Part shown: one piece after another, positions 26,249 through 32,000 of the stretch | Numbering within the stretch: the stretch's first letter is position 1 | Layout of the letters: the number at the start of each line of letters is the position of its first letter | Origin: Acinetobacter wanghuae | GTDB taxonomy: Bacteria; Pseudomonadota; Gammaproteobacteria; Pseudomonadales; Moraxellaceae | Assembly (NCBI RefSeq): GCF_009557235.1 | Contig: NZ_CP045650.1 | Span: 150,001 to 182,000 of the forward strand | DNA: 32,000 nucleotides | Reading direction: 5' to 3' | Notes under the pieces: model-generated | What the model saw: only the letters and a program-made list of their open reading frames with translations | Databases searched by the model: none | Told to the model about the DNA's origin: nothing | Program-made: the position numbers and the translations under genes

Positions 26249-26437
26249 TTATGCTTATAAATTGAATCCGCGGTTCTTTGTCAAAATCAAAAAATATAAG
26301 TGACTGTTAAATTAAATAAATTTTTTAAAAAATATCTCTAAATGGTGAAACAGGACTTTATAGTTCAAGGGTGTTGTTTGTATAATGACCACTTCAATAT
26401 GAATATTCGTTTGAATAATCGAGGGCGTAAATAAAAC

Positions 26438-28147
26438 ATGCATTCATTACGCTCTGAACATATGAGTAAGCGCCTGTATTGGGCGATGTCGATTATTATC
26501 TTATGTTTGCTTTTAATCTGTATTCCTTTAATTGTCTCAAGTAGTCAAAAATTTCAGCACTCTGTTAAAACGTATAATGAAATTAAGGTGCTTGAGCATG
26601 TCGCAGACTTAGCCAATAAAATCTCTCGCGAACGCGCACCTGCCAATAAAATCATGTCTAGTTCCATTGAGGACTTTGAAAAACATCGTAAAGAATTAGC
26701 CGATTATCGACGTGGTGTCGATCAGCAACTCGAGCAGACACAGCTAATTCTAAAAAATGCTGGTTTTAATACGCTGAGTGCACAAATTTCTCATACGCTT
26801 ATCCCAACTTTAGCGCATGCGCGTCAAGACGTTGACGTGTATGCGGCACTGCCACGTACCGAGCGAAGTGCTGAGAAATTAGATCAATCCATTTTGTCTA
26901 TGTTTGAGGCGTGGCAGAGTAGTCGTCAGGTATTAAAAGGTGTGGTCATTGAGTCTGAAATACCGTCCACAAAACTCTCTAATTTTGTCTCGCAAATTTT
27001 ATTGTTATCGGATTTACGTGACCAAGCAGGGCGTGTTGCCTCAAATGTAATGGCGCATGTGACATTTGGCACAGTTCTGCCTGAAACAAATTTAACGCGC
27101 TCATTACAAACCCAACATCAGGTACTGTATTTATGGGATTTGATTGAAACCATTCAACCGATCCAAGATAAAACCCCTGAATTTATTCAACTGCACGATG
27201 AAATTAAGACGCAATTTATTGATCAAGGTTTACCTTTAGTATCAGGCTTAATTGAGGATAGTCTACAGCATCGTCCATATCGCTTAACGGGCACTCAGCT
27301 TACCGAAGCAATGGTGGATAAATTTGCCACAGTTATCGATTTACAGACGTATTTACTTGAATATAGTCATGATCTTGCCTATCAAGACGTACAGAAAAAT
27401 TTAAAAGATTTACTGTGGACTGTCATTATTTCGCTTATTTCTTTAACCATGGCGATTGTGACCATGTTTTCTGCACGACGCAGTTTGTTCTTACCCTTAA
27501 TTACAGCACGTGAAATGTTATTTGACTTGTCTGAGTCGACTGATCGAAATAAATCCGTAAATCCGCAAGGGGTGAGAGAAAATCCAGACAGTTTATTTGC
27601 AGCGATTCAAAAATTAGAGCATTCCTTACAACAACGTGATGCTTTGGAATTTCGTCTTAAAAATATCGCGCATTCGGATTCATTGACGGGGTTATCAAAC
27701 CGTTTTGCATTAGAAGAATATATTCGCTTTTTGGAAGGGCATCCTTCGAAGTTATCCAAAACCTGTTTAATGATGATTGATATTGATCACTTTAAACAAG
27801 TGAATGATCAGCATGGGCATATCATTGGCGATCATGTCATTCAATCTGTAGCCGATTGTTTGAAAAGCAACGTGCGTACCTCGGACATGATTGTGCGTTA
27901 TGGTGGAGATGAGTTCCTGATACTCATTGAAAATATTGATATGAACAATGCACTAACCATTGCGCATAAAATTCGTAAAGAGGTGAAGGCTGAAACGATT
28001 TTAGATGCAGATGGACAGCATATTCCGTTTTCAGTCAGTATTGGTGTTGCCATTGGTGCAGAGTCTTGGGTGCGTTTGTTTGAAGCTGCCGATGAAGGAT
28101 TGTTTAAGGCGAAGGCAAAAGGGCGGAATGCAGTCGCCGAGGGATAA
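26438..28147 (+). CDS. Membrane-anchored diguanylate cyclase (GGDEF) with a periplasmic sensor domain of about 290 aa
   Basis: 569 aa. One TM helix lies near residues 14-34 and another near 326-346. The C-terminal GGDEF domain reads DSLTGLSNR...IDIDHFKQVNDQHGH..GD...RTSDMIVRYGGDEFLIL, with the RxxD I-site 5 residues before GGDEF. TATAAT lies at 26381-26386. An alternative start is ATG 26462. Confidence 0.9.
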   Translation: MHSLRSEHMSKRLYWAMSIIILCLLLICIPLIVSSSQKFQHSVKTYNEIKVLEHVADLANKISRERAPANKIMSSSIEDFEKHRKELADYRRGVDQQLEQTQLILKNAGFNTLSAQISHTLIPTLAHARQDVDVYAALPRTERSAEKLDQSILSMFEAWQSSRQVLKGVVIESEIPSTKLSNFVSQILLLSDLRDQAGRVASNVMAHVTFGTVLPETNLTRSLQTQHQVLYLWDLIETIQPIQDKTPEFIQLHDEIKTQFIDQGLPLVSGLIEDSLQHRPYRLTGTQLTEAMVDKFATVIDLQTYLLEYSHDLAYQDVQKNLKDLLWTVIISLISLTMAIVTMFSARRSLFLPLITAREMLFDLSESTDRNKSVNPQGVRENPDSLFAAIQKLEHSLQQRDALEFRLKNIAHSDSLTGLSNRFALEEYIRFLEGHPSKLSKTCLMMIDIDHFKQVNDQHGHIIGDHVIQSVADCLKSNVRTSDMIVRYGGDEFLILIENIDMNNALTIAHKIRKEVKAETILDADGQHIPFSVSIGVAIGAESWVRLFEAADEGLFKAKAKGRNAVAEG

Positions 28148-28316
28148 TTGTTTTCAGTATTTAAAATATCTTTCTTATCATTTTGGAAAAATTAGTACTT
28201 TTAGCTGAAAAGAATTTGTCTAAGGGATAATTGTTTTCAGTATTTAAAATATCTTTCTTATCATTTTGGAAAAATTAGTACTTTTAGCTGAAAAGAATTT
28301 GTCTAAGGGATAATTG
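28140..28316. repeat. Perfect 83-bp tandem duplication (2.1 copies)
   Basis: Positions 28141-28223 are identical base for base to 28224-28306. An 11-bp boundary AGGGATAATTG occurs at 28140, 28223 and 28306. Copy 1 starts in the last codons of the cyclase gene. The last copy supplies the last 10 codons and the stop of the 420-aa ORF. Confidence 0.95.
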
Positions 28317-29546
28317 TAGGATATACCAACTTCCATTTGGCTCATCTCTAAGCTCAGGATAACCATTCTCTGTATTTGCATAATTTAAGCTTATGCTAAT
28401 ATTTGAAGATTGTTTAATATCGTCTTTAACATATTCGAGATAGCTAGAGATATTTGTACATGAAGGTGTTTGATCTTCGGATGAATCAATTCTGAAATTT
28501 AATAGCTTAATTTTCTGATAATCACTTTTAATTTCAGGAATAGCTTTTCCTTTATGCTTGCCAATATTGTGTAAAAGTATAGGAAACATTTTACCCCACT
28601 GTTGTTCTTTCCAAGCATTTAAAAAGATAAGTAAAGTGTGTTCAGGTAAGCCTTGCTCTATAGTTATTAGATTTTGACTTTGCCAATACTTTTCAGATTT
28701 GATGGGGCGTTTTTTCCATAAACTTATGCGCTTAGAGAGTTCTTGAGTCTTATTATATTTTTCTAAGGATTCTTTTATAGAAATCGATTCTATAGGTTGT
28801 TTATCGATTCTTTTTTCATCAGACCAATCAATTACACAGTCCAGCAACCACCAACATTTCGAAGCAACTTCTTTATTAGAAAAATTTAAATCACGACCAT
28901 GTAAAATTCCATTGCGATACGGAATTAAAATTTCTTCTTCTGTTGTTTTTTTCCTTGATGTGTTCATGATTAATTTCAGAAAAGGTAATCCTGTTTCATG
29001 CGATGTAATGCTGTCATAGAGTTCTAGGTCTGATTTTTCAGTAAAGAAGCCAACATGTTTTGAAATGTCGTTGACTAAGCCATCTATTAGCGCCAGTAAT
29101 AAAGGAATACATGAATGATAACGTTGTTCTAAATAATCTATTTTTAATAACTTAAGTAAGTCTAAGCGAGTCTTAAATTCAGGGCGAGAACTACATTTTG
29201 TAAGAATGAATTCAACCATTTTTTCATCAACATATTCTATGAGTAATTCTTTTGCTTCCTCATATTTATTCGTTGAACCTAAAGCCACTGATTGTTCTAA
29301 AACAGTCTGACTTAATCCACTGTAACAAATCCATCCATCTTTTGAGAAAAGCTCATTAAATTTATCAGGTAACGTTAAAATATGACTATCTTTTATCATC
29401 TGCATAACTTGATTGCGATGTTCTTTTAATTTTGGATTAATCGTATATATGAAAGGGATCTTTTCAAGAAAAGTATATCCTGTTTGTAATAATTGGCTAA
29501 AAGTTAAAAGTGGTCTAATTGACTCATTATCTGTAATTTTTGGCAT
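28284..29546 (-). CDS. Hypothetical 420-aa protein, AT-rich, with an R-N-x3-H-G motif (possible HEPN-domain RNase)
   Basis: Uninterrupted ORF with GGAG 5 nt before the ATG. Sampled lines have about 22-32% G+C. Residues 209-217 read PYRNGILHG (DNA 28896-28922), following predicted helices at about 125-200. No TM segment, no signal peptide, and no family recognisable by eye. Confidence 0.75.
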   Translation of the reverse strand: MPKITDNESIRPLLTFSQLLQTGYTFLEKIPFIYTINPKLKEHRNQVMQMIKDSHILTLPDKFNELFSKDGWICYSGLSQTVLEQSVALGSTNKYEEAKELLIEYVDEKMVEFILTKCSSRPEFKTRLDLLKLLKIDYLEQRYHSCIPLLLALIDGLVNDISKHVGFFTEKSDLELYDSITSHETGLPFLKLIMNTSRKKTTEEEILIPYRNGILHGRDLNFSNKEVASKCWWLLDCVIDWSDEKRIDKQPIESISIKESLEKYNKTQELSKRISLWKKRPIKSEKYWQSQNLITIEQGLPEHTLLIFLNAWKEQQWGKMFPILLHNIGKHKGKAIPEIKSDYQKIKLLNFRIDSSEDQTPSCTNISSYLEYVKDDIKQSSNISISLNYANTENGYPELRDEPNGSWYILQLSLRQILFS

Positions 29547-29555
29547 TTACTCTCC

Positions 29556-29587
29556 AAATAAAAAACGGTGAATGAATCACCGTTTTA
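29556..29587 (-). terminator. Rho-independent terminator downstream of uvrA, abutting the SD of the 420-aa ORF
   Basis: On the minus strand, ACGGTGA-ttcat-TCACCGT is followed by TTTTTATTT. GGAG-agtaa-ATG of the next ORF follows immediately. Confidence 0.6.
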
Positions 29588-29610
29588 GCATACTTATAAA
29601 GTGAATTAAA

Positions 29611-29677
29611 TCCTCCCTAACCCTCCTTTGATAAAGGAGGAAATTTCCCCTCTTTTATAAAGAGGGGTTAGGGGAGA
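29611..29677. repeat. REP-like composite palindrome (two inverted hairpin units of about 30 bp)
   Basis: Unit 1 is TCCTCCCTAA-CCTCCTTT-gat-AAAGGAGG-AAA. Unit 2, on the opposite strand, is CTCCCCTAA-CCCCTCTTT-ata-AAAGAGGGG-AAA. The local hairpins are at 29622-29640 and 29647-29667. The element starts 4 nt from the uvrA stop. Confidence 0.6.
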
Positions 29678-29680
29678 TTG

Positions 29681-32000
29681 TTATTTCAACAAAGGCTTCA
29701 AGAACTTCGCTGTATGTGAAACTTTCGATTTCGCCACATCTTCAGGTGTGCCTTCCGCAATAATCATACCGCCACCAGCACCACCTTCAGGACCTAAATC
29801 AATCACCCAATCGGCAGTCTTAATCACATCCAAGTTATGCTCAATCACGACAATGGTATTACCCTTGTTACGAAGCTCATGCAAAATATCAAGCAACTTG
29901 GCAATGTCATGGAAATGCAAACCTGTGGTCGGTTCATCCAAGACATAAATAGTTTTACCCGTATCGCGTTTAGCAAGTTCGCGTGCTAATTTGACACGTT
30001 GTGCTTCACCACCTGACAGTGTTGTTGCAGATTGACCGAGACGGATATAACCCAAACCAACTTGCATCAAGGTATCTAAACGACGGTGAATGACAGGAAT
30101 GGCATCGAAGAACTGAGTGGCATCTTCAACAGTCATTTCTAAAACATCAGAAATGTTCTTGCCTTTGTAATTCACTTCTAAGGTTTCACGGTTGTAACGT
30201 TTGCCATGACAGGCATCGCAAGGTACATACATATCGGGTAAGAAATGCATCGCGACTTTAATCATGCCATCGCCTTCGCAGGCTTCACAACGACCGCCTT
30301 TCACGTTAAATGAGAAACGACCTGCGGTATAACCACGACCTTTGGCTTCAGGTGTTTGTGAAAATAACTCGCGAATTGGAGTAAATAAACCCGTATATGT
30401 CGCAGGGTTTGAACGTGGTGTACGTCCAATTGGGCTTTGGTCAATATCGACAACTTTATCGAGATACTGTAAACCATCAATCGAATCGAACTTCTCTGCG
30501 GTAAGTGTGGTTGCACCATTCAACTGGGTTGCTGCCAAAGGCAATAAAGTACGGTTAATCAAGGTTGATTTACCTGAACCCGAAACCCCAGTAACACACG
30601 TCATAATGCCAAGTGGAATGGTTAAATCGACATTTTGTAAGTTATGCCCACACGCACCTAACAGCTTAATTTGTTCTTCAGGTTTAGGTGGTTTTACTCG
30701 TGTTTTCGGGACTTCAATTTTACGCTTACCTGTCAGGTATTGACCGGTCAGTGATTTTTCATTGGCAATGATTTCATCATACGTCCCTTCCGCAATGACA
30801 TAACCCCCATGCACACCTGCACCCGGACCAATATCAATAATATGGTCAGCCGCACGAATTGCATCTTCATCATGCTCAACGACAAGCACGGTATTGCCTA
30901 AGTCACGTAAGCGTACAAGCGTTTCAAGCAAGCGATCGTTATCACGTTGATGTAAACCAATCGATGGTTCATCCAGTACGTACATCACGCCCATTAAGCC
31001 CGCACCAATTTGCGAAGCCAAACGAATACGCTGTGCTTCACCGCCCGACAAGGTTTCCGCAGAACGCGATAAACTTAAATAATTCAAACCAACCGACACA
31101 AGGAAATGCAGACGTTCACGAATCTCTTTAAAGATTTTATCTGCGATTTCACCGCGTGCACCTTCAAGGTTGAGACCTTGATAATAGCTTTCGGCATCGC
31201 CAATCGACATTTTGGTAATTTGTGCGATGGTTTTGTCTAAAATTTTCACATTACGTGAGATTTCATTCAGACGTGAGCCATCGCAGGCATCACATGCCGC
31301 ATTCGATAAATACTGTGCAAGATCATCACGCACATAATTACTTTCAGTTTCACGGTAACGACGTTCTAAATGTGGCAACACACCTTCAAAAGCAATTACA
31401 CGATTATGACGACGACCGCGTTCATCGATATAACTTAAATCAATTTTTTCTTTACCTGTACCGTATAAAAATTTCTTTTTCACATCGGCATCAAGTTCGT
31501 TCCACGGGGTATCCAGTGAATAACCAAAATGTTCGGCAACTTTTTGGATCATACTGTAATAGTACGGGCGTTGACGATCCCAACCACGAATAGCGCCTTG
31601 GCTAATAGAAAACTCAGGACTTGGAATCAGTTTGTCTGCACTAAAGTGACTACGTGTACCTAAACCATCACAGACAGGGCATGCGCCAAATGGATTGTTA
31701 AATGAGAATAGACGGGGTTCAAGTTCACCCACCGCACGTTCACATTCAGGACATGAGTGTTTTGCAGAGAACACACGGTCGGGCTGTTCGTCATTCATCC
31801 ATGACAAAATGGCAATATCACTACCTAAACGTAGCGCTGTTTCAAAACTTTCAGCAATACGGTTACCAAGATCATCACGGACTTTAAAACGGTCAACCAC
31901 AACTTCAATGCTGTGTTTTTTCTTTTTATCGAGTTCAGGCGGTGGATCAATTTCCATGATTTCGCCATCAACACGGGCACGAACAAAACCTTGGCTTTGT
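29681..32000 (-). CDS. uvrA: Excinuclease ABC subunit A (N-terminal ~170 aa beyond the window edge)
   Basis: The frame is open to position 32000. The ATG at 31957 is internal: ...[37 protein letters not shown] matches mid-UvrA. Features include two ABC modules ([18 protein letters not shown] twice, YVLDEPS/YVLDEPT) and zinc-finger cysteines (CPECE..CPVCDG; [14 protein letters not shown]). Confidence 0.97.
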   Translation of the reverse strand, partial: QSQGFVRARVDGEIMEIDPPPELDKKKKHSIEVVVDRFKVRDDLGNRIAESFETALRLGSDIAILSWMNDEQPDRVFSAKHSCPECERAVGELEPRLFSFNNPFGACPVCDGLGTRSHFSADKLIPSPEFSISQGAIRGWDRQRPYYYSMIQKVAEHFGYSLDTPWNELDADVKKKFLYGTGKEKIDLSYIDERGRRHNRVIAFEGVLPHLERRYRETESNYVRDDLAQYLSNAACDACDGSRLNEISRNVKILDKTIAQITKMSIGDAESYYQGLNLEGARGEIADKIFKEIRERLHFLVSVGLNYLSLSRSAETLSGGEAQRIRLASQIGAGLMGVMYVLDEPSIGLHQRDNDRLLETLVRLRDLGNTVLVVEHDEDAIRAADHIIDIGPGAGVHGGYVIAEGTYDEIIANEKSLTGQYLTGKRKIEVPKTRVKPPKPEEQIKLLGACGHNLQNVDLTIPLGIMTCVTGVSGSGKSTLINRTLLPLAATQLNGATTLTAEKFDSIDGLQYLDKVVDIDQSPIGRTPRSNPATYTGLFTPIRELFSQTPEAKGRGYTAGRFSFNVKGGRCEACEGDGMIKVAMHFLPDMYVPCDACHGKRYNRETLEVNYKGKNISDVLEMTVEDATQFFDAIPVIHRRLDTLMQVGLGYIRLGQSATTLSGGEAQRVKLARELAKRDTGKTIYVLDEPTTGLHFHDIAKLLDILHELRNKGNTIVVIEHNLDVIKTADWVIDLGPEGGAGGGMIIAEGTPEDVAKSKVSHTAKFLKPLLK

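Noticed and set aside
28140-28316. The 83-bp repeat as a CRISPR array, a MITE or a transposon target-site duplication.
   Set aside because: There are only about 2.1 directly abutting identical units with no spacers, so it is not a CRISPR array. There are no terminal inverted repeats. The 11-bp boundary motif is not found at the other end of the 420-aa ORF, so it is not a target-site duplication of the island.
26438-29546. The GGDEF cyclase plus the HEPN-like ORF as a CBASS-like two-gene nucleotide-signalling defence system.
   Set aside because: The genes are convergent, so they are not an operon. The cyclase is a membrane sensor protein with host-like composition and a normal I-site, and only the 420-aa ORF looks foreign. 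Adjacency is best explained by insertion next to a core gene.

Overview
This 32-kb window is chromosomal and mostly core metabolism. It looks like an Acinetobacter-type gammaproteobacterium, judged from AT-rich intergenic DNA, an Omp33-36-like porin and a CrbS/CrbR-type acetate regulon; the taxon is inferred, not proven. I can support 23 protein genes. In order: prfB (5' end off-window), an ArsR-family regulator with a NemA-like flavin reductase, waaA, rsmE, an MscS-family channel and acs. Next comes a sulfur-scavenging group (SfnB/DszC-like, sfnG, msuE) interrupted by phrB and ribE. Then come the LuxR-type response regulator, an unknown 255-aa ORF, the giant SSS-PAS-HK-REC hybrid kinase (CrbS/MxtR architecture) and yjcH-actP. 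These are followed by an ion channel with a non-canonical filter, a BCCT transporter, an Omp33-36-like porin and a membrane GGDEF cyclase. The window ends with an orphan AT-rich 420-aa ORF and uvrA (5' end off-window). I saw no rRNA, tRNA, CRISPR array, IS element, transposase or integrase. The most unusual material is at the right end and in one long gap. (1) The 420-aa ORF sits between the cyclase gene and uvrA. It carries an R-N-x3-H-G motif of the HEPN RNase type, has no partner gene, and starts directly after the uvrA terminator. It is my best candidate for an undescribed single-gene defence or abortive-infection module. (2) A perfect 83-bp tandem duplication spans the convergent 3' ends of the cyclase gene and that ORF. 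(3) A REP-like composite palindrome lies next to the uvrA stop codon. (4) A gene-free AT-rich gap of about 1.06 kb (25374-26437) holds a perfect TGTGA-N6-TCACA CRP/Vfr-type site and two orphan intrinsic terminators, which suggests unannotated small RNAs. All functional calls come from reading the translations and motifs by eye; no database search was run.
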